Below are positions 10,257-20,376 of a DNA stretch of 64,000 nt, one piece after another. How positions within the stretch are numbered: position 1 is the stretch's first letter; each line of letters opens with the position of its first letter. The notes under the pieces were generated by a model. That model was not told where the DNA came from. It searched no databases and saw nothing but the letters and a program-made list of their open reading frames with translations. Source of the DNA: an uncultured Bacteroidales bacterium. GTDB taxonomy: Bacteria; Bacteroidota; Bacteroidia; Bacteroidales; FEN-979. The stretch covers positions 25,311 through 89,310 of the forward strand of contig CAIWXI010000010.1 of NCBI GenBank assembly GCA_903916595.1, given 5' to 3'. A program made the position numbers and the translations under genes.

Positions 10257-13200
10257 ATAAATCAACAATGTACCACGACATACGCAAAGTAATCATTCTC
10301 GGTTCAGGAGCTTTGAAAATAGGGGAGGCCGGGGAGTTTGACTACTCGGGATCCCAGGCTCTGAAGGCGCTGAAAGAGGAAGGGATATCGACGGTTCTGG
10401 TCAACCCCAATATTGCCACGATACAGACATCCGAAGAGATAGCAGATAAAGTATATTTTCTGCCTGTCACTCCCGATTTCGTTGAACGGGTGATTGAAAA
10501 AGAGAAACCCGATGGTATCCTTCTGTCATTCGGAGGGCAGACGGCCCTGAACTGTGGAATAAAACTGTTTCAGACAGGGGTGCTCGAAAAGCACAACGTA
10601 AAAGTGCTGGGGACTCCGGTTCAGACTATCATTGATACCGAAGACAGGGAAAGATTTGTTGAAAAATTGCTGGAGATCGGTGTAAAGACACCTGCCAGTT
10701 TTGCGGTAGACTCGACCGAGGCAGCTCTCAACGCGGCATCAAAAATCGGTTACCCTGTCATTATCAGAGCGGCTTTCACACTCGGCGGACAAGGCAGTGG
10801 TTTCAGTGCGAATGAGGAAGAGCTTAAAACCGCCTCGGCTAAGGCTTTTTCCTACTCTCCCCAGATCCTGGTAGAGGAATCTCTGAAAGGCTGGAAGGAG
10901 ATCGAATACGAGGTCGTACGTGACCGTTACGACAACTGTATCACCGTTTGCAATATGGAGAACTTCGATCCGCTGGGTATACATACCGGTGAAAGTATCG
11001 TGGTTGCTCCTTCACAAACCCTTACCAATGCCGAGTATTACAAGCTTCGCGATCTTTCCATCAGGGTAATCAGGCATCTCGGGATCATAGGCGAATGCAA
11101 TATACAGTACGCACTGAATCCCGATTCAGAGGAATACAGGGTTATCGAAGTCAATGCCCGGCTTTCACGGTCTTCGGCCCTGGCCTCCAAAGCAACAGGC
11201 TATCCCCTGGCATTCGTGGCTGCTAAGCTTGGCCTGGGTTACGGATTGCATGAATTGAAAAATTCGGTTACTAAAGTCACCAGCGCCTGTTTTGAACCGG
11301 CCCTCGATTATATCGTGGTGAAAATCCCGCGCTGGGACCTCGGCAAATTCAGCGGGGTCTCCAAGCAGATCGGTTCCAGCATGAAGAGCGTGGGTGAGAT
11401 CATGGCTATAGGCCGCACTTTTGAAGAAGCTATTCAGAAAGGACTGCGGATGATAGGGCAGGGGATGCATGGCTTCGTGGGAAACAAGGACCTGGAGGTC
11501 GAAGCTATTGAGACCGAGCTCACTGAACCTACCGACATGAGGATCTTCGTGATCGCACAAGCCCTTGAAGCCGGGTTCACGGTCGACAGGATATGGGAAC
11601 ATACCCGTATCGACCGCTGGTTCCTGTTCAAACTGCAGAATATTTTCAGGCTCAGTAATGAACTGTCGAAGATCACCGGCCTGAGAGAACTTCCCGATGA
11701 ACTGCTGAAAGAAGCCAAACGCCTTGGTTTCTCTGATTTTCAGATCGCCAGGCTGATTCTGAAACATGACAAGACCGAAGTGGGCAAAGATATGCTTCTG
11801 GTGAGGGAGCACCGCATCAGCCATGGCATACTTCCGGCCGTGAAACAGATCGACACCCTGGCCGCCGAATACCCCGCCGTTACCAATTATCTTTATATGA
11901 CCTATGGCGGAACGGAACATGATATCGATTACAAGGCCGATGCTTCATCCTTGCAAAGGTCGGTCATCGTGCTGGGTTCCGGCGCCTACCGCATCGGCAG
12001 TTCCGTGGAATTTGACTGGTGCAGCGTGAATGCACTTACAACAGTGCAGAAAGCAGGCTACCGCTCGGTGATGATCAATTATAACCCTGAGACCGTGAGT
12101 ACCGATTACGATCTCTGCGATCGTCTGTATTTTGATGAGCTCTCATTTGAAAGGGTAATGGATATCATCACTTTGGAAAACCCCGCCGGGGTAATTATCT
12201 CTATGGGCGGACAGATTCCGAACAACCTGGCTCTGAGGCTGCATGCCCAGGGGGTTCCAGTTCTAGGCACATCCCCGGTCGACATAGACCGGGCTGAAGA
12301 CCGGCATAAGTTTTCGACCCTGCTCGATACTCTCGATATCGACCAGCCCCGCTGGCAGGAACTCACCAACCTCGAAGATATTCTCGGTTTTGCCGAAAAA
12401 GTAGGTTTTCCGGTGCTTGTAAGGCCTTCGTACGTGCTTTCGGGAGCCGCGATGAACGTGGTCTCCAATATCAACGAGCTGGAATATTTTCTGAAACTGG
12501 CGGCCAAAGTGTCAAAAGAACATCCGGTGGTAGTTTCCGAGTTTATCCAGGAAGCCAAGGAGATCGAAGTCGATGCCATCGCCCGTAAAGGCGAGATCAT
12601 CGTGTATGCTATCTCTGAACATGTCGAATTCGCCGGTGTTCATTCTGGCGATGCCACTATAGTGTTTCCTCCCCAAAAGCTGTATATCGAAACCGTGAGA
12701 AGGATCAAGAGGATCAGCCGCGACATCGCGGGCTCCCTCAATATTACCGGACCCTTCAATATTCAGTTTCTGGCCAGGAAGAACGATATCAAAGTGATCG
12801 AATGCAACCTTCGGGCTTCACGTTCCTTTCCATTCGTTTCCAAAGTGCTGAAAACAAACCTTATCGAAATCGGCACCCAGGTCATGCTTGGCCTGCCTTT
12901 TGAGAAACCCGACAAATCGCTGTTCGATCTTGACTATATCGGCGTGAAGGCGCCCCAGTTCTCCTTTTCAAGGTTAAGCAAGGCCGATCCTGTTCTGGGT
13001 GTCGACATGGCTTCAACCGGAGAAGTAGGATGTATCGGAGATACGTTTTATGAAGCTATCCTGAAATCGATGCTGTCGGTGGGCTACAGGGTACCCGGTA
13101 AAAATATCATGCTTTCGACCGGCCCCGCCAAGGCAAAGACAACCCTTCTGGAGGGATGCCGCAAGTTGTTCGAGCTTGGGTATAACTTATATGCTACTCC

Positions 13201-13498
13201 GGGTACGGCTGAATTTTTAACGTCATTCGGTATCCCGGCAACAGTGCTTCACTGGCCCGACGAAGACCTTCAGCCCAACATAGTCGATTATCTGAAGGAA
13301 AGAAAAATTGATCTGGTCATCAACATCCCGAAAAATCTTTCCCGAACTGAGCTGAATAACGACTATCTCATCCGCAGGACTTCGGTCGATTTTAATATCC
13401 CTCTCATCACCAACGCCAACCTCGCCAATGCATTCATTATGGCGTTCTGCACGATCAAAATGGAGGATATCGAGATCAAGAGCTGGGATGAATATTAA
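10253..13498 (+). CDS. carB: carbamoyl-phosphate synthase large subunit
   Basis: 1081 aa with duplicated ATP-grasp halves ('[22 protein letters not shown]' and '[19 protein letters not shown]'). Lies immediately downstream of carA. Confidence 0.95.
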   Translation: MNKSTMYHDIRKVIILGSGALKIGEAGEFDYSGSQALKALKEEGISTVLVNPNIATIQTSEEIADKVYFLPVTPDFVERVIEKEKPDGILLSFGGQTALNCGIKLFQTGVLEKHNVKVLGTPVQTIIDTEDRERFVEKLLEIGVKTPASFAVDSTEAALNAASKIGYPVIIRAAFTLGGQGSGFSANEEELKTASAKAFSYSPQILVEESLKGWKEIEYEVVRDRYDNCITVCNMENFDPLGIHTGESIVVAPSQTLTNAEYYKLRDLSIRVIRHLGIIGECNIQYALNPDSEEYRVIEVNARLSRSSALASKATGYPLAFVAAKLGLGYGLHELKNSVTKVTSACFEPALDYIVVKIPRWDLGKFSGVSKQIGSSMKSVGEIMAIGRTFEEAIQKGLRMIGQGMHGFVGNKDLEVEAIETELTEPTDMRIFVIAQALEAGFTVDRIWEHTRIDRWFLFKLQNIFRLSNELSKITGLRELPDELLKEAKRLGFSDFQIARLILKHDKTEVGKDMLLVREHRISHGILPAVKQIDTLAAEYPAVTNYLYMTYGGTEHDIDYKADASSLQRSVIVLGSGAYRIGSSVEFDWCSVNALTTVQKAGYRSVMINYNPETVSTDYDLCDRLYFDELSFERVMDIITLENPAGVIISMGGQIPNNLALRLHAQGVPVLGTSPVDIDRAEDRHKFSTLLDTLDIDQPRWQELTNLEDILGFAEKVGFPVLVRPSYVLSGAAMNVVSNINELEYFLKLAAKVSKEHPVVVSEFIQEAKEIEVDAIARKGEIIVYAISEHVEFAGVHSGDATIVFPPQKLYIETVRRIKRISRDIAGSLNITGPFNIQFLARKNDIKVIECNLRASRSFPFVSKVLKTNLIEIGTQVMLGLPFEKPDKSLFDLDYIGVKAPQFSFSRLSKADPVLGVDMASTGEVGCIGDTFYEAILKSMLSVGYRVPGKNIMLSTGPAKAKTTLLEGCRKLFELGYNLYATPGTAEFLTSFGIPATVLHWPDEDLQPNIVDYLKERKIDLVINIPKNLSRTELNNDYLIRRTSVDFNIPLITNANLANAFIMAFCTIKMEDIEIKSWDEY

Positions 13499-13500
13499 AT

Positions 13501-13563
13501 GATGTACGATGGACGATGGACGATGTACGATGTACGATGGACGATGTATGATGGACGATGTAC
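13501..13563. repeat. tandem heptamer array (GATG[T/G]AC) x9 filling the convergent carB/sulfatase intergenic gap
   Basis: Read directly: gatgtac gatggac gatggac gatgtac gatgtac gatggac gatgtat gatggac gatgtac. This is the reverse-complement rotation of the ATCGTAC arrays at 59630 and 63924. Confidence 0.95.
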
Positions 13564-13566
13564 GGT

Positions 13567-15051
13567 TTATTGATGAAGGAAGTTCCACTCGGGTATTGCA
13601 GAGGGTGTGCGTTTGCGTGAGTATTCTTTCATTTTCTGAATGATTTCGGGATGCTGACCGGCTACATTAATTTTTTCACTCCTATCAAGAGAAAGATCGT
13701 AGAGTTCAAACTTTCTCAAAGGCTCCTTGATCAGGTCTTTGCGGATGGCTTTCCATCGGCCGGCCCTGATAGCCTGACTCCCTCCGCTGCTGGCAAATTC
13801 CCAGTAAAGAAAATCATGCTGAGTGGGATTTTTTGCCCCGGCCAGTACCGGGGCAAAAGAAATTCCGTCGATGTTTTCAGCTGCCTTGCAATGCGCCAAT
13901 TCTGCGATCGTTGGGAGGATGTCCCAGAACGCGTAAGGTATTGAACAAACCTGCCCTGCCTTGATCTTTCCCGGCCACGATGCAATAAAGGGGACCCTGA
14001 TGCCTCCTTCATAGAGACTGCCTTTTCCTCCTCTCAAAGCCCCGTTACTGCTGAAAAAAGAAGGATCCGCTCCACCCAGGCTGAACGTGGCCCCGTTATC
14101 ACTTGTAAAGATCACGCAGGTGTTCGAATCAAGATGATTCTCAGCAAGGGCTTGTAAAATTTTACCAGTTGCATCGTCCAGCGCGCTGATCATAGCCGCA
14201 TACGTGGCATGAGGGTAAAACACCGGCAGGTAGCCCATCTGTCCTGTATAGGGCTTGTCGTTCATCAGGTCACGGTATTCCTGTAAGTAACTATCGGGTA
14301 CCTGCAGGGCAAGGTGAGGCAAGGTATAACTCATCAGTAAAAAGAAAGCAGAATCTTTATTTGTCCTGATAAAATTCTGCGCTTCTTCGGTAAATAAATC
14401 TTCGGCATAGGATGTGCCCAGGAATTTTTTGTATAAGGCCGGATCATTCGGATTTCCGCTCAGTTTTTGCTGTGAGCTTATTTCGGGGTTGCCGGTGATG
14501 AACTTTTTGTCGTTGTACCAGAGGTAAGCAGGGTAATGGTTGTGGGCCTGACGCTGACAGAGGTATCCCAAGAAAAAATCAAAGCCCTGTTCCCCGGGTA
14601 CACCGCTTGAACCTGGCCCCCCGAGCCCCCATTTGCCAATGCAAGCAGTCTTGTATCCTGCATCCTGCATCGTTTTTCCAAGCGTGCTGGTGTTTGGCTC
14701 AAGCGGCTTTTGTCCCCCGTAATCATTCCATTCACCAATCTCCATATTGTCGCGTATCTGGGCATGCCCGGTATTCAGGCCTGTCATCAGGCAGCAACGC
14801 GAAGGAGCACAAACCGCGCTTCCCGAGTAAAAATCAGTAAACCTTATTCCCTGTTCCGCCAGCTTGTCAATATGTGGTGTGCGGATGATCTTTTGCCCGT
14901 AGCATCCCGTTTCACCGTAACCAAGATCATCAGCCAGAATGATGATGAAATTGGGCCGTTTGTTTTCTTTTTTAAGGGGCTGGCTGATTGCATTTCCCGC
15001 GAAAATCATCCAGAGTAAAACAAAGGCAAGGTAGTTGAGCGAGGGTCGCAT
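13567..15051 (-). CDS. arylsulfatase-family sulfatase (formylglycine-dependent)
   Basis: 'CAPSRCCLMTG' C-x-P-x-R motif and 'IIILADDLGYGE'. Start moved to ATG at 15051, giving the signal peptide MRPSLNYLAFVLLWMIFAGNAISQ. Confidence 0.85.
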   Translation of the reverse strand: MRPSLNYLAFVLLWMIFAGNAISQPLKKENKRPNFIIILADDLGYGETGCYGQKIIRTPHIDKLAEQGIRFTDFYSGSAVCAPSRCCLMTGLNTGHAQIRDNMEIGEWNDYGGQKPLEPNTSTLGKTMQDAGYKTACIGKWGLGGPGSSGVPGEQGFDFFLGYLCQRQAHNHYPAYLWYNDKKFITGNPEISSQQKLSGNPNDPALYKKFLGTSYAEDLFTEEAQNFIRTNKDSAFFLLMSYTLPHLALQVPDSYLQEYRDLMNDKPYTGQMGYLPVFYPHATYAAMISALDDATGKILQALAENHLDSNTCVIFTSDNGATFSLGGADPSFFSSNGALRGGKGSLYEGGIRVPFIASWPGKIKAGQVCSIPYAFWDILPTIAELAHCKAAENIDGISFAPVLAGAKNPTQHDFLYWEFASSGGSQAIRAGRWKAIRKDLIKEPLRKFELYDLSLDRSEKINVAGQHPEIIQKMKEYSRKRTPSAIPEWNFLHQ

Positions 15052-15098
15052 AGGATGAAATAATGTTTGGAGATTGCGAAAATACCTAATTTTGCTGC

Positions 15099-15713
15099 AT
15101 GAGCATAAAGACCCTTCAAAAACTGTTACTGACCGCATTAGTGTTTCTGACTATGGCAGCCTGCCAGATGACAAATCAGACAAAGACCGCGCTGAACCTG
15201 GCAAACTGCGAGTTTCGTCTCGTTTCGGCCGAGAATATCGTTATTGCCGGAATATCAATTGAAAACTATACTTCGGTGAAAGATCTCGGGGTAGGCGATT
15301 TTGCCATGTTCATGGGAGCGCTTACTCAGCCTGAACTGCCGCTTTCACTGCAGCTGAATATCGAAGTAAAAAATCCCAATCCTGCTCCGGCCGGAATAAA
15401 CAGTCTTGATTATATTGTTATTATTGATGACATTCAGATGCTTCAGGGTTCATATACCCAGCCCATTACCGTACCCGCATCCTCATCCGCAGTAATTCCT
15501 GTTCAACTGAACGTTGACCTGAAGCAGGCGCTGAAGGGCAAATCGATGGATGCCATTCTGAATTTTGGCTTTAATTTAGCTGGCGTTGGCCATCAACCCA
15601 CACGCTTTAAACTAAAGCTAAAACCCAGTATTCTGGTTGGAAGTACCGTTTTGGCTTATCCCGCCTATATTACCGTGAAGACCGAATACCAAAACGGAAA
15701 CGTGGTCAGGTAA
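15099..15713 (+). CDS. putative lipoprotein (LEA_2/WHy-like fold suspected)
   Basis: Lipobox 'FLTMAAC'. The domain assignment is only an impression from the sequence pattern. A TAATTTTG box (15087-15094) lies 4 nt upstream of the ATG. Confidence 0.5.
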   Translation: MSIKTLQKLLLTALVFLTMAACQMTNQTKTALNLANCEFRLVSAENIVIAGISIENYTSVKDLGVGDFAMFMGALTQPELPLSLQLNIEVKNPNPAPAGINSLDYIVIIDDIQMLQGSYTQPITVPASSSAVIPVQLNVDLKQALKGKSMDAILNFGFNLAGVGHQPTRFKLKLKPSILVGSTVLAYPAYITVKTEYQNGNVVR

Positions 15714-15732
15714 AGTCTATTACCTTATTACG

Positions 15733-16209
15733 TTACTGAGAATACTTCGTGAGATAAAAGTCCAGACCTACCGGGAAATCTTGTGTTTGATCTTTGAGTG
15801 CGCATAGTAATGCAATCTCATCGGGCGTGAGACATTGAACCTTTTCAATAGTTCCTTCCAGCTTAGCTTCAAGCCAATGTGCTTTCTTTATGTCGATCTC
15901 AGATGGTTTATTAATCATATACGATGATACAGATTCAATAAAAAGAACCCGCCACATATCGTCCCTCGGCTTATTCATGATGGCCAGATTAATTTCGAAA
16001 AGCAGCTCAAGATCTTCCAATATCGGTGGAATGTCCTGGCAGACCATCTCCCTGAGGATTTCTATCTCGTTGAAATCAATTGTGCTATCCTTTAAAATCT
16101 CTTCATATAACGCAAGCAGAAAGTTGCTGTCTGATTTATTCATAAAGATCAAATCACCAGTAATTTCTATTAGATTTTTTATCAGGATAAGTTCAACCTC
16201 ACTCATCAT
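15733..16209 (-). CDS. hypothetical acidic protein (158 aa), paralogous segment shared with the upstream ORF
   Basis: ATG start. Same strand as, and downstream of, nhaA. 'LELLFEINLAIMNKPRDDMWRVLFIESVSSYM' resembles a segment of the 126-aa neighbour. Confidence 0.5.
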   Translation of the reverse strand: MMSEVELILIKNLIEITGDLIFMNKSDSNFLLALYEEILKDSTIDFNEIEILREMVCQDIPPILEDLELLFEINLAIMNKPRDDMWRVLFIESVSSYMINKPSEIDIKKAHWLEAKLEGTIEKVQCLTPDEIALLCALKDQTQDFPVGLDFYLTKYSQ

Positions 16210-16236
16210 GCCAACATTTTTAATGGTGGTCTTAAC

Positions 16237-16617
16237 CTAGTCAAAAAGCATTGCTGCTTTTGCAAGAGGAAGTTTAATTTTTTCTCCTGCATTGGCCGAA
16301 AAATACCTGGTTGTTTCATCCAGAAACAATGCTTCCCAGGAAGGATCATTTCCTTGCCCGTAAGTATGATCATGGATATCGAAAAGAAGGCGTATTTCAT
16401 AGCCGCCAGGTTGTTTTTCACGGTAAATAAATTTTTTTATCTCTTCTGCATCAGCGGCATCAACCTTCTTGTCTTCAACAATTTTTTCAATCATTTTTTG
16501 TGATTCTGCAGGAAGTTCGTGTAAAAGTTCATACAGCTCCTCTTTAATGGCAGGCATTTGCTCAGGATGATTTTTCAATATTAGCAATCTTCTGAAATAA
16601 TTTTGGGCTGAGATCAT
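16237..16617 (-). CDS. hypothetical acidic protein (126 aa)
   Basis: ATG start. 'IRLLFDIHDHTYGQGNDPSWEALFLDETTRYF' aligns with the 158-aa neighbour. Confidence 0.5.
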   Translation of the reverse strand: MISAQNYFRRLLILKNHPEQMPAIKEELYELLHELPAESQKMIEKIVEDKKVDAADAEEIKKFIYREKQPGGYEIRLLFDIHDHTYGQGNDPSWEALFLDETTRYFSANAGEKIKLPLAKAAMLFD

Positions 16618-16646
16618 AACAGGCGACTTTTTTAATTATTTAAAGA

Positions 16647-17837
16647 TTATAAATATGAATAACCTTTAGGTTTTCTTAAATCGTTCTTCTTACCTGGAAA
16701 AAAATACAAAACCCCCATTCCGCAGAGTGCCGAGAGGGTAGAGCCGGCCAGGATAGAGAGCTTGGAGATGTCAAGTACTGCAGGTTCTTTGTAAGACAAC
16801 CCGGCAATAAAGATCGACATGGTGAAACCTATACCTGCCAGCATTCCTGTGGCTGCAAGTTGTTTCCAGTTCGTTCCCGCGGGAAGGATGGATATCTTTG
16901 TTTTTACTCCGATCCAGGAAAACAGAGTGATCCCAAGGGGTTTTCCTATTAAAAGGCCCAGTATGATTCCTGCTGTAAGGCCGCTGAACAGTCCGGAGGG
17001 GTCAAAAGTGAGTGGTATAGCGGTATTCGCAAGCGCAAACAAGGGAAGTATATAGTAATTCACCGGTCTGTGAAGACTGAGTTCGAGTTTTAGGGCCATA
17101 TCCCAGGGGATAAAAAAGGCTGCAACTACACCTGCGATAGTTGGATGTATTCCTGATTTCAGCACAAAATACCATAAGCCAAGAGCCGGAATCAGATAAA
17201 AAAGGAAATATTTCACCTTAAACCGGTTCAGGAAAAAAAGAACCAAAATGAACAGAAAGGCGATTAGCAGCATTCCCATGTTAAGCTGATGAGTATAAAA
17301 GGTGGCAATGATCACGATGGCGCCCAGGTCATCGATGATCGCGAGGGCAGTGAGAAATATTTTCAGCGATAAGGGGGCACGTTTTCCCAGTAATGACAGT
17401 ATACCCAGTGAAAACGCAATATCGGTAGCCGTGGGTATAGCCCATCCGCTGAGATGTTCCGTGGAGCCGGCATTAAACGCGTAGAAGATGATGGCTGGGA
17501 AAAGCATTCCGCCTAATGCTGCGAGCACAGGCAGAATCGCCTTCTCCTTTACGGCAAGTTCTCCGTCGCGGAGCTCCTGTTTGATCTCAAGCCCGATCAG
17601 GAAAAAAAACACGGCCATCAGGCCGTCGTTGATCCAATGCAGAACACTCTCATGCAGGAAATCAAAACCGATCTCAATATGCCAGATACTGAGATAAGAT
17701 GCAGCTCTGCCTGAATTGCTCAGTATAAGAGAAAGAATGGTGGCGAGGATAAGCAGTAATCCCGAAAGCTTGCCGCTTTCGGCAAGGTCTTTGAAGGGAT
17801 CGGTAAGTCTTTTTTTTACGTTCATATTAATCCTCAT
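16647..17837 (-). CDS. nhaA: Na+/H+ antiporter NhaA
   Basis: 'WINDGLMAVFFFLIGLEIKQEL' and 'AIIDDLGAIVIIA' are NhaA signatures. An alternative ATG at 17825 (MNVKK...) would remove the overlap with the upstream gene. Confidence 0.9.
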   Translation of the reverse strand: MRINMNVKKRLTDPFKDLAESGKLSGLLLILATILSLILSNSGRAASYLSIWHIEIGFDFLHESVLHWINDGLMAVFFFLIGLEIKQELRDGELAVKEKAILPVLAALGGMLFPAIIFYAFNAGSTEHLSGWAIPTATDIAFSLGILSLLGKRAPLSLKIFLTALAIIDDLGAIVIIATFYTHQLNMGMLLIAFLFILVLFFLNRFKVKYFLFYLIPALGLWYFVLKSGIHPTIAGVVAAFFIPWDMALKLELSLHRPVNYYILPLFALANTAIPLTFDPSGLFSGLTAGIILGLLIGKPLGITLFSWIGVKTKISILPAGTNWKQLAATGMLAGIGFTMSIFIAGLSYKEPAVLDISKLSILAGSTLSALCGMGVLYFFPGKKNDLRKPKGYSYL

Positions 17838-20256
17838 CTTTCATGGCTACTGGTTTGACAAAAGCCGAGCGCACAGGCCCCGGGTAAGGGACATCAGGCC
17901 CTTTTACAGCAAACCAAAGCACCTTGTTCAGCAGATCGTCGGGAGCCCTGTCTTCTTTACTGAAATCAAATCCTTCACTCATCCTCTGCCATTCATTGTA
18001 GGCAAGGTTCCTTTCGTTGAGGTCGATAAAGGGACCGAGAGTCTGAAAAGGATAAGACTTTGGGTGGTTGGTAAAACATCGCCACATCGGGGTTGCAGCT
18101 GCATCGTACTGGCTCATGGGCGGCAGGCCGAGAATAAGTTCAATGGTTCGAAGCACCGACGAGGTGGTATAGGGTGTATGATCCACGAAATTACGTTTCA
18201 CATAACCTCCGGCGATATATGCGGTGCTGCGGTGGGCATCCACGTGATCGGGCCCGTTCTGGGCATCATCTTCGAGAATAAAAATCACACATTCATCCCA
18301 GATCCGTGATTTTGACAGGTGTTCAACCAGCCTCCCCACGGCAAAATCATTATCTGCAGCCTGTGCAAAAGGAGTTGGCTTGCCGGCTTTTAATCCCTGG
18401 GTATGGTCGTTTATAAAACGAATGGTATTCAGCTGAGGAACCTTGTCGATATAAAGCAGGGAGTCGAAATCTTTCCTCCACTGCCGGTAACGGATGGTGT
18501 CTAAAACATCCTGGTCCCAGCTCGTGAAAAACTTGCAGTAGTGGTCTTTCAATACCGGGATATTGGGTTTGTAATTATCGGCAAATTCGCCATAGGTGCG
18601 GTAAGAAATGCCCTTGCGGGCACAGAAATTCCATATAAAACCATCTTTATTATTGCTGATTTTCCTGTTTCCTTCCGCGTCATAATCACCACCTCTTCCG
18701 CCGTAACTACTGGGCCAGGTCTTTTCCAGGTAATCGGTAGCGTAAGCGCCCATGCTCCAGTTATGACCGTCGGCGCTGACTTCCCCGTCGACATAGAAAT
18801 TATCGAGCAATACAAAATCTTTTACCAGCCTGTGCTGGTTGGGTGTGATCTCCTGCCCGAAAAGCACCAGGGAAGTGTCGCCGTTCCCTTCAGGTACATC
18901 ACCCAGAACCTGGTCGTACGTTCTGTTTTCCTTGATGACGTAAAACACATATCTGATAGGCGATTTATATGAGGCAGCATAGGGGATGGCAGTACCCAGA
19001 GCTTCGGGGATACTCAGTACTTTTTCCTGGGTGTAAGGTGTATTTTTATATACCATAGATGAATATGAAGCCAGTTTTTTCTCATCCGGTTCGGCGATGA
19101 TGCTCATGGTTCCCCGCAACAACCCGCCAATATACTGTACTTTTGGTGGCTTGCGGCTGTCGGCCTGCTGGGAGAAGACCTTCTGTGAATTCCCTGCAGG
19201 ATTTGGGCCGTTGGGATTTGCATAGGAGGTATACCCTTTTCCGTTTGCAATCCACAGCTGTTTATTCACTACACGCACGCAGCTGGGATACCAGCCTGTA
19301 GGGATAAATCCTTTGCTGAAACTTTTTCCAGGGATGGAAACGTCGAACACGGCCAGGCAGTTGTTGTCAGCATTGGCTATATATAACGTCTTGTTGTCGG
19401 CACTCAGGGCTACACTGTTGGTCGTGCTCCCTGCCGGGGAATTCGGGAACAGAGCTGAATTCAGGGTTTCTATGACTTTCCCGGCTTGGAGGTCGATGCA
19501 GGAAACCGAATTGTCGTTAGCATTGGCCACATAAAGGTATCTTCCGCTCCTGCTAAGGCAAAGGTCATTCGGGTTGCTGCCAACCTTGATCGGGTTGGAG
19601 AATTTCCCGGTTTCGGTATCGAAAATCTGGATCTTCCCACAGCCCCAGCAGCTGATATATAGTCTCCGGGAGTCACCCGACAGAATGCAAGCGTAACCTT
19701 CGCCCTCGAGGCTGAACTTCCGGAGTAGCTGTTTTTTCTTCAGGTCGACGAGATACAGCGAATTGTTTTCTTTGGTGACGACGTACAGCAGATTTTTTCT
19801 CTCGTCAAGGGCTATACCGGCAGGGGAGATCTTCTCGGGCCAGGGCTTACCAATCACAAGAGTGTCGGCAATAGACAGTTTGCTGTCTTTTATGGAATAT
19901 TTGAGGATGATGTTATTGTTCCCTCCTGAAGCATACAGACTCTTCTCGTCTTTGCTGAACACAAGACCCAGCCAGGCCGCTTTTATGATAATCGTATCAA
20001 GGACTTTATGCGACTGTGAATCAATAAGATAAATAGACTGGTCGCTTTGTCCGTTGTTGGTCACTGCCAACAGACGGCCCGAGGCAGAAACAGCGATATT
20101 CAACGGAAGATCGCCGAGCTGAACGCTTTCTCCCAACCGGCTGATGCCCCAGCCGTTGGGCAGGGTAATATGTTTGTATTCCGTTTCGTCCTGGCCGTTT
20201 GCATGTATAAATGCCAGTACCATAAGAAGAACAGGGAACAGTCTGATGTGTTTCAT
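17827..20256 (-). CDS. fused YncE-like beta-propeller / phosphoesterase (phospholipase C/AcpA-type) family protein
   Basis: 809 aa with a signal peptide. N-terminal YVTN-like repeats ('[16 protein letters not shown]', '[15 protein letters not shown]'). C-terminal motifs '[15 protein letters not shown]' and '[18 protein letters not shown]'. Confidence 0.75.
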   Translation of the reverse strand: MKHIRLFPVLLMVLAFIHANGQDETEYKHITLPNGWGISRLGESVQLGDLPLNIAVSASGRLLAVTNNGQSDQSIYLIDSQSHKVLDTIIIKAAWLGLVFSKDEKSLYASGGNNNIILKYSIKDSKLSIADTLVIGKPWPEKISPAGIALDERKNLLYVVTKENNSLYLVDLKKKQLLRKFSLEGEGYACILSGDSRRLYISCWGCGKIQIFDTETGKFSNPIKVGSNPNDLCLSRSGRYLYVANANDNSVSCIDLQAGKVIETLNSALFPNSPAGSTTNSVALSADNKTLYIANADNNCLAVFDVSIPGKSFSKGFIPTGWYPSCVRVVNKQLWIANGKGYTSYANPNGPNPAGNSQKVFSQQADSRKPPKVQYIGGLLRGTMSIIAEPDEKKLASYSSMVYKNTPYTQEKVLSIPEALGTAIPYAASYKSPIRYVFYVIKENRTYDQVLGDVPEGNGDTSLVLFGQEITPNQHRLVKDFVLLDNFYVDGEVSADGHNWSMGAYATDYLEKTWPSSYGGRGGDYDAEGNRKISNNKDGFIWNFCARKGISYRTYGEFADNYKPNIPVLKDHYCKFFTSWDQDVLDTIRYRQWRKDFDSLLYIDKVPQLNTIRFINDHTQGLKAGKPTPFAQAADNDFAVGRLVEHLSKSRIWDECVIFILEDDAQNGPDHVDAHRSTAYIAGGYVKRNFVDHTPYTTSSVLRTIELILGLPPMSQYDAAATPMWRCFTNHPKSYPFQTLGPFIDLNERNLAYNEWQRMSEGFDFSKEDRAPDDLLNKVLWFAVKGPDVPYPGPVRSAFVKPVAMKDED

Positions 20257-20349
20257 GGGTTCTGGGAGTCTTTAAGAATGATCAAAAATACGATTTTTGA
20301 CGAGAAAAATGATACGTTTATATTGTACAAACAATTCCTGTCATTTTCG

Positions 20350-20357
20350 TATCTTTG
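20350..20357 (+). promoter_or_regulatory. candidate Bacteroidota -7 promoter box (TAtcTTTG) upstream of guaB
   Basis: Matches the TAnnTTTG consensus. It ends 19 nt upstream of the guaB ATG. Confidence 0.4.
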
Positions 20358-20376
20358 CACTTTTATTTTGAGGCCT

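Noticed and set aside
13223-13588. ORFs with repetitive peptides (…SSIIHRPSYIVHRPSSIVHH here; MYDVRCTMYDVRCT… at 59222-59692 and 63737-63988).
   Set aside because: They are translations of the heptamer satellites joined to antisense sequence of real genes (carB, the PanE-like gene, the HgdA-like gene). There is no independent coding evidence.
17716-18309. A 197-aa plus-strand ORF spanning the nhaA/phosphoesterase junction.
   Set aside because: It is antisense to two well-supported genes and has no motifs.
20047-20376. Long N-terminal extensions proposed by the ORF track (guaB from 20047, PPIase from 21689, GH38 from 5696, bcrD from 55530, lpdA to 50592, sulfatase to 15138).
   Set aside because: The extensions overlap the neighbouring gene or promoter region. 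An internal ATG in each case gives the family-typical N-terminus or a proper signal peptide.
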